Assembly: GCF_046119375.1 (NCBI RefSeq) | Contig: NW_027362762.1 | Span: 41,478,001-41,542,000 of the forward strand | Origin: Phyllobates terribilis | Taxonomy: Eukaryota | Direction: 5' to 3' | DNA: 64,000 nt | Shown here: in pieces, positions 10,692 through 23,460 of the stretch | How positions within the stretch are numbered: position 1 is the first letter of the stretch | How the letters are laid out: every line of letters begins with the position of its first letter | Position numbers and translations under genes: made by a program | The notes under the pieces: model-generated | Told to the model about the DNA's origin: nothing | What the model saw: only the letters and a program-made list of their open reading frames with translations | Database searches by the model: none

Positions 10692-13600
10692 TCAGGACAG
10701 GAGGGCTTTCCGCAGCTGCTGCTTCTTCTCTGGCGTCAGGTGTTCTGGAAACTGGATATCGAACTGGATAATGAGGTCGCCCTTCACGGTGCGGTCACAC
10801 GACGTCCGCATCCCCTCCCCGGGGACCACTTTACTGTATTTGGGGCTGTTGGAGAAGAACATAACCATGTGTCATTAACTCAATAACCACTTGGGGGATC
10901 CGTAGAAGAAATCGACTAGATGCCCCCCCTACAAGCAAAAATCACAGGGGGTGACACAAGGGGTTAATAACTTACTGTACGATGTCATTGATGGGAATAT
11001 TTAATATCCTGTCATCCAACGTTTCCACTTCCACCGTGCAGCCGGTCAGCGCCTGCAAAATACAAGAGATGAAGGGCTAAGTTGTCGCCCCCTGCTGGGC
11101 AGGATAAGAAACTGCTCAGAAAAAAACAATAAGGAGACAAATAATACATCAGATCTCGATGAATGAAAGATTCGGGCTTGGGCTATTCGCGACACGAGTC
11201 GTGCGACCAAATATTGCTGCGACATCATGATACGAGTGAATGTTGTCGCCCTCTGACCCTGAGAGAAATGCAGAAAAGAAGTCGCAAAAAATCAGACTCA
11301 GTAGATTGAAGAGCGTCCGCGTTCACTTGTACTGGACTGCGATGTAGCTGCCATACATACACCACTCGTGTCACAATTATGCAATTGACTGATGAGAGAT
11401 GGACGCGGCAGCTTCCACTACTAGGCCGGTAATTGGGAAACTCACAGTGAGCGTATGGTATATACACCTCCGATTCCAAAGCATAGAATATATATACACT
11501 GCTCAAAAAAATAAAGGGAACACTGAAATAACCCATCCTAGATCTGAATGAATGAAATATTCTCATTGAATACTTTGTTCTGTACAAAGTTGAATGTGCT
11601 GACAACAAAATCACACAAAAATCATCAATGGAAATCACATTTATTAACCAATGGAGGCCTGGATTTGGAGTCACCCCCAAAATTAAAGTGGAAAAACACA
11701 CTACAGGCTGATCCAACTTTGATGTAATGCCCTTAAAATAAGTCAAAATGAGGCTCAGTATTGTGTGTGGCCTCCACGTGCCTGTATGACCTCCCTACAA
11801 CGCCTGGGCATGCTCCTGATGAGGCTCAGTATTGTGTGTGGCCTCCACGTGCCTGTATGACCTCCCTACAACGCCTGGGCATGCTCCTGATGAGGCTGAG
11901 TATTGTGTGTGGCCTCCACATGCCTGTATGACCTCCCTACAACGCCTGGGCATGCTCCTGATGAGGCTGAGTATTGTGTGTGGCCTCCACATGCCTGTAT
12001 GACCTCCCTACAATGCCTGGGCATGCTCCTGATGAGGCTGAGTATTGTGTGTGGCCCCCACGTGCCTGTATGACCTCCCTACAACGCCTGGGCATGCTCC
12101 TGATGAGGCTGAGTATTGTGTGTGGCCTCCACGTGCCTGTATGACCTCCCTACAATGCCTGGGCATGCTTCTGATGAGGCTGAGTATTGTGTGTGGCCTC
12201 CACGTGCCTGTATGACCTCCCTACAACGCCCGGGCATGCTCCTGATGAGGCTGAGTATTGTGTGTGGCCTCCACGTGCCTGTATGACCTCCCTACAACGC
12301 CTGGGCATGCTCCTGATGAGGCTGAGTATTGTGTGTGGCCTCCACGTGCCTGTATGACCTCCCTACAACGCCTGGGCATGCTCCTGATGAGGCTGAGTAT
12401 TGTGTGTGGCCTCCAAGTGCCTGTATGACCTCCCTACAACGCCTGGGCATGCTCCTGACGAGGGTGCGGTTGGTCTCCTGTGGGATCTCCTCCCAGACCT
12501 GGACTAAAGCATCCGCCAACTCCTGGACAGTCTGTGGTGCAACGTGACGTTGGTGGATGGAGCGAGACATGATGTCCCAGATGTGCTCAATCGGATTCAG
12601 GTCTGGGGAACGGGCGGGCCAGTCCATAGCTTCAATGCCTTCATCTTGCAGGAACTGCTGACACACTCCAGCCACATGAGGTCTGGCATTGTCCTGCATT
12701 AGGAGGAACCCAGGGCCAACCCACCAGCATATGGTCTCACAAGGGGTCTGAGGATCTCATCTCGGTACCTAATGGCAGTCAGGCTACCTCTGGCGAGCAC
12801 ATGGAGGGCTGTGCGGCCCTCCAAAGAAATGCCACCCCACACCATTACTGACCCGCTGCCAAACCGGTCATGCTGAAGGATGTTGCAGGCAGATCGCTCT
12901 CCACGGCGTCTCCAGACTCTGTCACGTCTGTCACATGTGCTCAGTGTGAACCTGCTCTCATCTGTGAAGAGCACAGGGTGCCAGTGGCCACTTTGCCAAT
13001 CCCGGTGTTCTGTGGCAAATACCAAGCGTCCTGCATGGTGTTGGGCTGTGAGCACAACCCCCATCTGTGGACGTCAGGCCCTCATACCACCCTCATGGAG
13101 TCGGTTTCTAACCGTTTGTACAGACACATGCACATTTGTGGCCGTCTGGCAGTCATTTTGCAGGGCTCTGGCAGTGCTCCTCCTGCTCCTCCTTACACAA
13201 AGGAGGAGGTAGCGGTCCTGCTGCTGGGTTGTTGCCCTCCTATGGCTCCCTCCACATCTCCTGGTATTTGCTCCATGCTCTGGACACTGCTGACAGACAC
13301 AGCAAACCTTCTTGCCACAGCTCGCACTGATGTGCCATACTGGATGAGCTGCACTACCTGAGCAACTTCTGTGGGTTGTACTGTAGACACCACCTCATGC
13401 AACTGTACCTCTAGGTGCGAGAGCAATGGCAAAATGAAAAAGTGACCAAAACAACAGCCAAAAAGGATGAGAACAGAGAAATGGTCTGTGGTCCCCACCT
13501 GCAGAACCGCTCCTTTATAGCGGGTATCTTGCTAATTGCCGATCATTTCTACCAGTTGTCTGTTCCATTTGCACAACAGCAGGAGACATTGATACACAAT

Positions 13601-16600
13601 CAGTGTTGCTTCATAACTGGACAGATGGATTTCACAGAAGTGTGATTGACTTGGAGTTACATTGTGTTGTTTAAGTGTTCCCTTTATTTTTTTGAGCAGT
13701 GTATATACCCTGGAATGGTCACTGCCAGGTCTGCAATAACAAAAGGAACTACTAGCTGCCATCACCAATCATTTATACAGGCCGATAGGACACCTGTTGC
13801 AGGTAGCATATGGCTTCAGGGGTGTGCGGTTGACAGAGCAAGAGGAACAGAGCTACTATATTTTATACATTTAATCCAGAAAGGTAGGCAGTATTTATAA
13901 AAATATACAAAATGATACAAATTGGAAACAAAACAATACGATATATACAACTGAATAAAATAAAAAAAAGTAACGAAAGAAAATTACTAAACCTGATGTC
14001 ATAGAACTGACTCATAGCTTAGCGGAGGGAGGTACTCCTTAGGAAAAAAGACTGAACCACAGCAAGCTGTACCAAACCCAAATACTACTTTTTATTAGAT
14101 CAAGGTTATACCCACATACCTCCCCTTGGTGAGCTCATATGGGGGCTGATTGTGGGATGTGCTGGGTCTTTCAGAATTATATGAGATCCCAAACTTACAG
14201 GATATCATCACCCCAGGAGGTCCCAGGCGGTAGATATTGTCATCATGATTATTATTGTGATTTTACCTTTCTACAGAGTTGAAACACGACATGGATAGCA
14301 TCATCCTTTGGACCGATATTAAGTGGGAGGGGTTAGAATGGCCTTATGGTGATGTGAGTGGATGTGTTATGTTGGTCCCTTCTCTATGACACCGAAATTA
14401 TATCTCCCATAATTATTGGATCGATACAAACCCCAATATTCATATCTAGACAAGTGTTGAGCGAGCACTAAAATGCTCGGGTGCTCGAAGCTCGGGCTGA
14501 GCTCACTGTGATACTCGGGTGCTCGACCCGAGCAACGAGCCCAATGTTAGTCTATGGGAGACCCGAGCATTTTTGCGGCGGCACCCCCGGCAGTCTGTAG
14601 AAACCCTAAAAATTGCCGAAAACGATAGTGACAGTGCTCAAATGACATGGGGACAGCATGGGGATCGCCCCTGGAAGCATTTCTGACCCCCAGGTCACTG
14701 CTGTCAACAACGTGGTCAGAGGTATTAAGCCACTTTTACAGGCTCACAATAAAACGTTCAAAAACGAAAGTGAAACTGTTTTCCTGTGAAATATGTTAAG
14801 GAGCTTCCTTTCCAGGGTAAAGACTTGTGTATAAGGTAAAATAAGGCTGTGTGCCCACGATGCGTTTTTTAAGCGTTTCCGCAGTGGCAAAAACGCTGCA
14901 GAAACGCTTAAAAAACGCATGGTAGAAGGCCTGCCATGATCCCCAATGATAGTCCGCATGTGCTGTGCACATGCTGCGGAAATTTCTGCTGCGGATTATC
15001 ATTGTGGAAAAAAAAACGCAGCACTACCAATTATTTTGCGGAAGCGCTGCGTTTTCACCGCCATTGGAACGCATGGAATCCGCATCACTGTATATGAAGA
15101 TGCACAATCCATGCGTTCCAATGTGCGGATGGTACCCGGGTATGGAGGAGAGGAGACGCTCCTCCGGACCCCGGGAACCATAGTACCTGTGAAAAAAAGA
15201 ATAAAATAAAAAATAAATGTTAGACTTACCTTCTGATGGCCCCCGGTACGCTCGTCCTCCCATGCCGGCAGCTAGCGATGGACTGAAGGACCTGCGCTGA
15301 CGTCATAGTCATGTGACGGGTCATGCGATGCTGACGTCGGCAGGTCCTTCAGTGTATCGCGATCTGCCGGCAGCCAGGACGCAGCGAAGCAAGATTGCGG
15401 GGGCCATCAGAAGGTAAGTATAGATTTATTTTTTTTATTTTTAACCATTCTTTCGGTCACACTATATAAATCCATGCCGGTTGCATGGATTTATATAGTG
15501 TGACCCAGTTGTCAAGCACTTTCCAAGTGATGCTAAAATCGCTTGTCAACCTGCATGCGGAAGTGCATGTGAAGAACGCTTCACATCCGCATGTCCCTGG
15601 CAGGAAAACGCATGTACAATCCGCATGTACAATCCGCATGTGTTTTTTCTGCCAGGGAGATGCAGAAACGCTCAGGAAAAATCCGGAGCATTTCCGCATC
15701 GTGGGCACATAGCCTAAATAACCAAAAACAAAAATACTCCTCCACACCTTGGGCTATGTTCACAAGTAGCATTTTTTATGCGTTTTTGCACTTTTGTATT
15801 GCTTTCAACCGTGACAAACGCATTCACCGGGAAATGTCATTTTAACATTTTACAACCTTATCGGGCCATGTGCTGTGTGACACATGCATAAAGTGCTGAA
15901 AAGACATGGGAACAGCATGGGGAAGACCCCTGGAAGCATCTCTGACACCCTGGTCACTGCCTAAAAGTGTGCCCATCAGAAGTGATCCTTGCCGCATCAG
16001 AAGATGCAGACTTGCAACTATCCCCGTGCAAGTCCTTGTCTATCTGGGATGGATATTAGTCCTCAGAAGGACTGTTTGTTTGATTTTGCAGGCATTAGAG
16101 ACCCTACACTACCTATTTCGCAGTATAAATCTCTCCCTAGCTCAGCAGCGCTTTCCCTACACTGTCTGATCCGGAGCGACTGTGTCCAAGATGGCGGCGC
16201 CCGGTTTTAAATACTTGAGGTGACGCTGTGCGGCCAGCCAATCACTGTAATGCCCACAAACAACATGGCTGCGGCATTACAGTGACTGGCTGGCAATCCC
16301 TGCATGTTCATTGGCTCTGTAAAGAGCGCCAAACATGCAGGACGGAGACCCGAGCACCCGCCCGAGTAACCCGGAAATGCTCGGTGCTCGCCGAACATCC
16401 CGAGTAGTGAGAAGCTCGGGCGAGTACCGAGCAGTGTCGAGCATGCTTGCTCAACACTAATAGAAACATGTCAGTGTCATCGGCGTCCCTGCTGAAGCCA
16501 ACGATCTCCTGCAATAAATGAAAAATAATAAACCAACCTCATCCTTACCTTTCCATGGTTCCCAGGACAACTTCAGCTCTGCTACATTGACATGACAGGC

Positions 16601-19600
16601 TGGATCGCAGCAGAACGCTGCCATCCAGCATGCCATCCTTCAGAGACACTGCAGAGCGCAAGCATGCCTGCGCTCTGCAGTGTCTATGAAGGATGGCACG
16701 CTGGATGGCAGCGTGCTGCTACCATCCAGCCTGCCATTTCAATGCCGTCCCAGCGTGGGAGAATTCTCCTGCTCAAGCGGTGACGTCATTTGCCGGCACC
16801 GCATGCGCAGGAGAATTCTCCCACGCTGTCAGTGATGTGCATGAGGTGAGCTGAGTTCATTGGACATGAACTCTGCTCATCTGGATGCCGTCACAGCCAG
16901 ACACTGAGGAGCTTCATGCGTTTTTTTCCGCAGTGATAATCCGCAGCGGAAATTTCCGCAGCATGTGCACAGCACATGCGGATTATCATTGGGGAACATG
17001 GCAGGCCTTCTACCATGCGTTTTTTAAGCGTTTCTGCAGCGTTTTTGCCGCTGCGGAAATGCTTAAAAAACGCATCGTGAGCACACAGCCTTATTTTACC
17101 TTATACACAAGTCTTTACCCTGGAAAGGAAGTTCCTTAACATATTTCACAGGAAAGCACTTTCAGTTTCGTTTTTGAACGTTTTATTGTGAGCCTGTAAA
17201 AGTGGCTTAATACCTCTGACCACGTTGTTGACAGCAGTGACCTGGGGGTCAGAAATGCTTCCTGGGGCGATCCCCATGCTGTCCCCATGTCATTTGAGCA
17301 CTGTCACTATCGTTTTGGGCACTTTTCTCAGTGTCTGCGGGATGACAGGCTGGATGGCAGCGTTCTGCTGCGATCCAGCCTGTCATGTGAATGTAGCAGA
17401 GCTGAAGCTGTCCTGGGAACCATGGAAAGGTAAGGATGATGTTGCTTTATTATTTTACTTTTATTGCAGGAGATCGTTGGCTTCAGCTGGAATGGGCGAT
17501 ACGGTAAGTATGGTTTAATTTAGAACAATAAAGAATTGTGTCTTTATTTCAATTAAAGGACTTTATTCTGGGTGTTTGTGTTTTTTTTTAACTTTGACTA
17601 TGGAGTTAGTAATGGGGGTGTCTTATAGACGCCTCTCCATTACTAACCTGGGCTTGATGTCAGCTGGCATTATAAGCTGACATCAACCCCAGCCCTATTA
17701 CCCCACTGCCACCGCTACAGGGCAGTGGGAAGAGCGAGGCTAAGTGCCAGAATTGGCGCATCCTATGAATGCGCCATTTCTGGGGCGGCTGACGGCTTGT
17801 GTTTCTAGCCTGGGAGGGGGCCAATATTCATGGCACCCTTCCTGAGCTATTAATATCAGCCCCCAGCTGTCTGCCTAGCCTTTGCTAACTATTAAAATAG
17901 GGAGGACCCCACGTCATTTTTTTTTTTGGAGTCCCCCATTTTAATAGCTAGTAAAGGTTAGGTATTCAGCTGGGAGCTCATATTAGTAGCCTGGGAAGCT
18001 CCGTGGGTATTACCCCCTTCCCAGGCTTCAAACATCTGCCCCAGCTGTCTGCTTAACCTCCGCTAGAGACTAAAATTATGGGGAACCCCACGCCAATTTT
18101 TTTTTTTTAATAAATTCTTTATTTTAACACTAAATGACAAGTACAGTAATCAACACTGTCACTGTACTTCTTATATATGTGACTGACATGTTTCTATCTA
18201 TCCTATCTATGTGTGATTCTCTATTCTTTCTGTTCTAAATTGTCAGTACCGGTGTATGCCGCTGATGAATTGCCGGCTTTTCATGTTTCACTGTGAGCAC
18301 TGTTCCCATCGATTTGGGCAATCACTGTAATGCCACAACCACCATGGCTGTGGCATTACAGTGAGTGGCAGACAATCCCTGCATGATTGGTGCTCTAAAT
18401 AGCGCCAGACATGCAGGACGGGGACCCGAGCTCCAGCCCGAGCATCGTGCAAGTACTCGGCAAGCTCCGAGCATCTCGAGTACTGAGATGCTCGGGCGAG
18501 TACCGAGCAGTGGCGAGCATGCTCGCTCATCACTAATCTGGACCCTAGAGATAGAGTGTCTAACTAAAATTTTTCAGTTTTTCTTAGAAGAGAACAAGCG
18601 TTACCTCTTAGATTTTTAATTTCTCTGCCTATTGAATATATGGATCTCAGACTTGTGGTCTTCTTCCCAGCAAACCCCACCCCCTGCTGTAATTACCTGG
18701 TCACTGCAGAGGGACTCTACTTCGATGGAGGTTGAAATGACAGCTCACTTTAGCTTCAATTAGTTTTTCTCTTCCTCAGTTATAATTAGTTCTTACTTCC
18801 CCGTATGTTCAAAGTAAGGGTGACTTGTCTCCTCTCTGGAGATGTCTGTATGGATTTTAATTTTTCTCTATGACAGCCCATGTCCTGATTTCTGTGGTTC
18901 GCGCCATCGTGCTGCAGTTTATATGATCGTGCTCGCTCTGGGGTCGCCGTGGTAGCATCAACGGATTCCTGTCTGAGGACTTCTGGTCACATGACAGGAA
19001 GTTCACCTCAATAATTTGTTGTTGCTGCCATGGCGACCCCAGAGCGAGCACGATTTCTGCAGCTCCTCCTCAGTGCTGTCCGTGCAGCGTGGTTTATGTA
19101 TCGCACTCGCCGCTGCTCACACATTTCTCTTTTTATTTTTCTTACTTTGCCAAGTTCGATGTTCGCTGTGTGGATCAAATCGTCCCCTTGTCGTACAAAG
19201 CGGGGGTGGGGCTTCTCCTTCACGATAAACACGATGTCTGCGGGGACGATGTTGGGGCCCTAGAGGCAGAATAAAATGATATGTTTAATTATCTGTTAAA
19301 GAGAGAATCAGCGTTACTTAGGCAGCAGAGGAGCGGCTGCTTGTGACCTGGTCGCCTTCTTTAGGGAACGTGACCCTGGTGCCCGCTTTCCATCCAGGAT
19401 GGACGTCTATGGAGAGGATCTTATCTCGTATGTTGGATGTGTGGCCGTCTTCATTCATTACCTAAGGGGTAACAGAGATACCTGTTATATATGTGTCCAT
19501 ACAGCCGGGGTACAAGAGATGAGGCCATAAACGGCTCCTGTGGGTCTGAGGGAGCAGGTGCCTGGGGGTCTGAGGGTGAGGAAGGGAGCAGGTGACCACT

Positions 19601-22600
19601 CCTGGAGGTCTGAGGGAGCAGGTGCCTGGGGGTCTGAGGGTGAGGAAGGGAGCAGGTGACCACTCCTGGAGGTCTGAGGGAGCAGGTGCCTGGGGGCCTG
19701 AGGGTGAGGAAGGGAGCAGGTGACCACTCCTGGAGGTCTGAGGGAGCAGGTGCCTGGGGGTCTGAGGGTGAGGAAGGGAGCAGGTGCCCGCTCCTGGAGG
19801 TCTGAGGAAGGCAGCAGGTGCCCGCTCCTGGGGGTCTGAGGAAGGCAGCAGGTGCCCGCTCCTGGGGGTCTGAGGAAGGCAGCAGGTGCCCGCTCCTGGG
19901 GGTCTGAGGAAGGCAGCAGGTGCCCGCTCCTGGGGGTCTGAGGAAGGCAGCAGGTGCCCGCTCCTGGGGGTCTGAGGAAGGCAGCAGGTGCCCGCTCCTG
20001 GAGGTCTGAGGAAGGGGCCAGGTGCCCACTCCTGGAGGTCTGAGGAAGGGGCCAGGTGCCCACTCCTGGAGGTCTGAGGAAGGAGCCAGGTGCCCGCTCC
20101 TGGAGGTCTGAGAAAGGGAGCAGGTGCCCGCTCCTGGAGGTCTGAGGATGAGGAAGGAAGCAGGTGCCCACTCCTGGGGGTCTGAGGAAGGGAGCAGGTG
20201 CCCGCTCCTGGGGGTCTGAGGAAGGGAGCAGGTGCCCGCTCCTGGGGGTCTGAGGAAGGGAGCAGGTGCCCGCTCCTGGGGGTCTGAGGAAGGGAGCAGG
20301 TGCCCGCTCCTGGGGGGTCTGAGGAAGGCAGCAGGTGCCCGCTCCGGTCCTGGGGTGTGAGGAAGGGGACAGGTGCCCGCTCCTGGAGGTCTGAGGAAGG
20401 GGCCAGGTGCCCGCTCCTGCAGGTCTGAGGAAGGGGCCAGGTGCCCGCTCCTGGAGGTCTGAGGAAGGGGCCAGGTGCCCGCTCCTGGAAGTCTGAGGAA
20501 GGGGCCAGGTGCCCGCTCCTGGAAGTCTGAGGAAGGGGCCAGGTGCCCGCTCCTGGAAGTCTGAGGAAGGGGCCAGGTGCCCGCTCCTGGAGGTCTGAGG
20601 AAGGGGCCAGGTGCCCGCTCCTCGAGGTCTGAGGAAGGGGCCAGGTGCCCGCTCCTCGAGGTCTGAGGAAGGGGCCAGGTGCCCGCTCCTGGAGGTCTGA
20701 GGAAGGGTACAGGCGCCCAGTCCTGGGAGTGTGAGGGGGGGGCAGGTACCCGCTCCTGGGGATCCAAGGAAGGGAGCAGGTGCCCACTACTGGGGGTCTG
20801 AGGAAGGGAGCAGGTGTCCGCTCCTGGGGTGTGAGGAAGGGGGCAGGTGCCCGCTCCTGGAGGTCCGAGGAAGGGGCCAGGTGCCCGCTCCTGGGGGTCC
20901 GAGGAAGTGACCAGGTGCCCGCTCCTGGGGGTCTGAGGAAGGGAGCAGGTGCCCGGTCCTGGGGAAGGGGCCAGGTGCCCGCTCCTGGAGGTCTGAGGAA
21001 GGGGCCAGGTGCCCGCTCCTGGAGGTCTTCAGAAGGGGCCAGGTGCCCGCTCCTGGAGGTCTTCAGAAGGGGCCAGGTGCCCGCTCCTGGAGGTCTTCAG
21101 AAGGGGCCAGGTGCCCGCTCCTGGAGGTCTTCAGAAGGGGCCAGGTGCCCGCTCCTGGAGGTCTTCAGAAGGGGCCAGGTGCCCGCTCCTGGAGGTCTAA
21201 AGAAGGGGTCAGGTGCCCGCTCCTGGAGGTCTAAAGAAGGGGTCAGGTGCTCGCTCCTGGAGGTCTAAAGAAGGGCCAGGCGCCCAGTCCTGGGGGTGTG
21301 AGGGGGGGAGCAGGTACCCGCTCCTGAGGGTCTGAGGAAGGGGCCAGGTGCCCAGTCCTGGGGGTGTGAGGGAGGGAGCAGGTGCCTGGTCCTGGAGGTC
21401 TGTGAGAGGGAGCAGGTGCCCGGTCCTGAGTGAGGGAGCAGGTGCCCGGACCTGGAAGTCTGAGGGAGGGAACGGGTAATAATGATCCTGGGTAATGGGC
21501 AGATTTTTTCCACAAGGCTGGAGACGCCTCTTACCCTTCGTGAAATTTTGATCTTCTTTGTACATCCAAAATATAAGTCCTCCAGGGAGAGGTAGAGGTC
21601 TCGCTCGATCGGGGGGTCCTGTTTCTTCACTCCTCTTCCTCGCAGACCCCCAAATCCTGTATTCACTTCAGACCCGTCAGGTGAGAAAAAGTCTGGAGCA
21701 GAAACACAATGAAATGAAAGAGCCGATAGCAGGAATTCACAGAAACCAGAGATTCATCGTCTTCTGGGGGCAGCGAGAGCCGACGCCCCGAATAATGACC
21801 AGGGGGCTGGACCCTATATCCCGTGTCTGGTGTGGGGGGCACCCAATTCAATAATCTCCCTTCCCCCGTCACCGGCTCTTACCTGCAAATGGATTATCTC
21901 CCCCAAAAAACTCCTTGAAGGTCTTGTCCGGATTCCCGTGATACACGTACCCCGAAACCCAGGCATCTGGACCCCCGAATTCTGCCGGGATCCCGCCCTT
22001 CAGACCCTCCTCTCCGAACTTGTCGTACGTCGCCTTCTTCCTAGCTGCTCAGAGACGAGGCAGGATCAGTACAGGAGACGCATCGCGCCTCTTCACCACC
22101 ACTGCTGGCGGTCAGTGTATGAAACCGCGTCCCTAATCCATGTGTGAACACGCTCATATACTTCTCGCAGCTGGAGGTTTGTTACAGTCCTGTCCTGATG
22201 GTCTGTGACAATGTATCGGTGCAGGTAAAATGTATCCCGCTGTAACAAACCCTCAGCTGTGAGAAGGGTCGGGCGGCACAGCTTACTCACGGTCACTGAG
22301 AACGTCGTAGGCCTCGGCGATCTGGCGGAATCGGTGCGGAGCGGACGGCTCCTTATTTTTCAGTGGATGATACTTCAATGCCAACTTCCGGTACCTGGAC
22401 CCCCGCCCCCCCAAAAAAAGGAACAATTAAAAGTGACCGAAAATCCGGCAGTTTTATCATCTACATTTATAGATTTTGTCTTCTGCCTAGCTGGAAACCG
22501 TCAGCAAGCTGCTGCTGACGGATCTCGCATCTGTCAGGGTGCATAAGGTGCAGTGCGCTCTATAGCCCTGCGCTCTGGTGACATCAACATCACAATAATT

Positions 22601-22866
22601 GCCAAAATTTAAAGAAATTTATATAAAATGTAAAGAAAAAAATAAATAAACACCCGAACATTTTTCCCTTTAACAAAAAAAATTGACTAAAAAAAACTAC
22701 AACTCCCAGAATGCCAAGATAGCCACAAGCAGTGGAGGCATGCTGGGAGTTGTAGTTTTTTTTGTTACAGTTCACCCACAATAGCTGATAACTCTTACGC
22801 TTTCTTAATGTCGGCATCCCCGGCGCTGCGGGTAATCTCCAGCACCGAATAATAATCCTGCCCCAT
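10692..22866 (-). CDS. dnajb13: DnaJ heat shock protein family (Hsp40) member B13, 8 coding exons, 316 aa
   Basis: Exons on the minus strand: 22866-22799, 22394-22291, 22044-21883, 21692-21535, 19461-19348, 19259-19146, 11052-10976 and 10845-10692. Sizes 68/104/162/158/114/114/77/154 total 951 nt. All introns are GT-AG and in phase. Protein: [14 protein letters not shown]...YHPLKN...[14 protein letters not shown]...[31 protein letters not shown]...[11 protein letters not shown]...LRKALLS*. Confidence 0.97.
11497..13701 (-). mobile_element. Tc1-family (DD34E) transposon with both TIRs, a broken transposase and an internal 71-bp array, in dnajb13 intron 6
   Basis: TIR CACTGCTCAAAAAAATAAAGGGAACACT at both ends with TA flanks. 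Transposase motifs [23 protein letters not shown] and [12 protein letters not shown] lie in split frames. Confidence 0.95.
11750..12459. repeat. 71-bp tandem repeat, 10 copies, inside the Tc1 element
   Basis: gaggctc/gagtattgtgtgtggcc...gcatgctcctgat starts at 11750, 11821, 11892 and so on, every 71 nt, to 12389. Confidence 0.97.
14452..18537. mobile_element. Cluster of nested non-autonomous DNA transposons/MITEs, including a 390-bp inverted duplication
   Basis: Termini agtgttgagcgagca...tgcttgctcaacacta and ...tgctcgctcatcacta. Internal palindromes are present. 14612-15003 is the reverse complement of 16933-17325, and 16235-16460 is a direct copy of 18300-18537. Confidence 0.6.
19545..21465. 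repeat. 34-bp GC-rich minisatellite, about 56 copies, filling dnajb13 intron 4
   Basis: Unit gaggaaggggccaggtgcccgctcctggaggtct read directly. Confidence 0.97.
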
Positions 22867-23460
22867 GACGATCCCGGCAGCTCTGCCTACTGTCACTAAG
22901 GACGCCTTGGCCGCGGTGCACCTCGGGAGAGAAACACCACGGTTACCACGGTTATTCTCACTTCGTACCTCCTCGCCTGCAGTTCCACTCAAGGCCTGAA
23001 GGTGGCAGCAGTATAAAAACGTTCTACTTCGACCTTCTGACGGGGCGTAACATGGAGATTCTGGGAACTGTAGTCCTTTTCAGTTTGAACTTCCTTTAGT
23101 TTCTATTGAGCGCTGACTACAACTTCCGTCAGCCCTTGCGCGCCGAATGCAGGTACAGGAGATCCTAATGTGATCCGGTGCCGCTGATACTCCCTGCCGC
23201 CCCGGGATCACGGTATGGATGCCCATGAGCGGGGTAATGATGACTGTTGGCCGTAGATATAGATATTATGGCTGCAGGGGGCGGGAGTTATCCTAAACCT
23301 GCTCATTTGTCTTTTGTAGTACTGAGACTGAGCAATCAGGGGGGCGCAGTTTGTGCAGACTGGTTGATTGACATTCAGAGTAGCCAATGGCAGTGAGGGA
23401 CACCTGACATTCTGCGCTGTGATTGGCTGTGCATGTTACAATGGGCGGGGCCACCTCAGG
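22696..23460. promoter_or_regulatory. Bidirectional promoter region of dnajb13 and ZF-A
   Basis: The two genes diverge. ACTACAnnTCCCA-like (ZNF143/THAP11 type) motifs at 22696, 22738-22756, 23061-23074 and 23116. X-box-like half site at 22942-22955. CCAAT boxes near 23383 and 23421. GC box near 23443. CpG-rich. Candidate non-coding exon donor CAG|GTACAG at 23152. Confidence 0.6.

Noticed and set aside
10790-10830. GEGMR instead of the usual GEGMP in the dnajb13 C-terminal domain
   Set aside because: The frame is intact and the change may be amphibian-wide. I cannot judge it without an orthologue alignment.
19451-21268. Pro/Gly-rich ORFs of 160-440 aa (collagen- or mucin-like)
   Set aside because: They come from the 34-bp array inside dnajb13 intron 4, whose flanking exons join in frame without it.
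22291-22394. J-domain has HPL instead of HPD
   Set aside because: This is the known state of DNAJB13 orthologues. It supports the gene call and is not novel.
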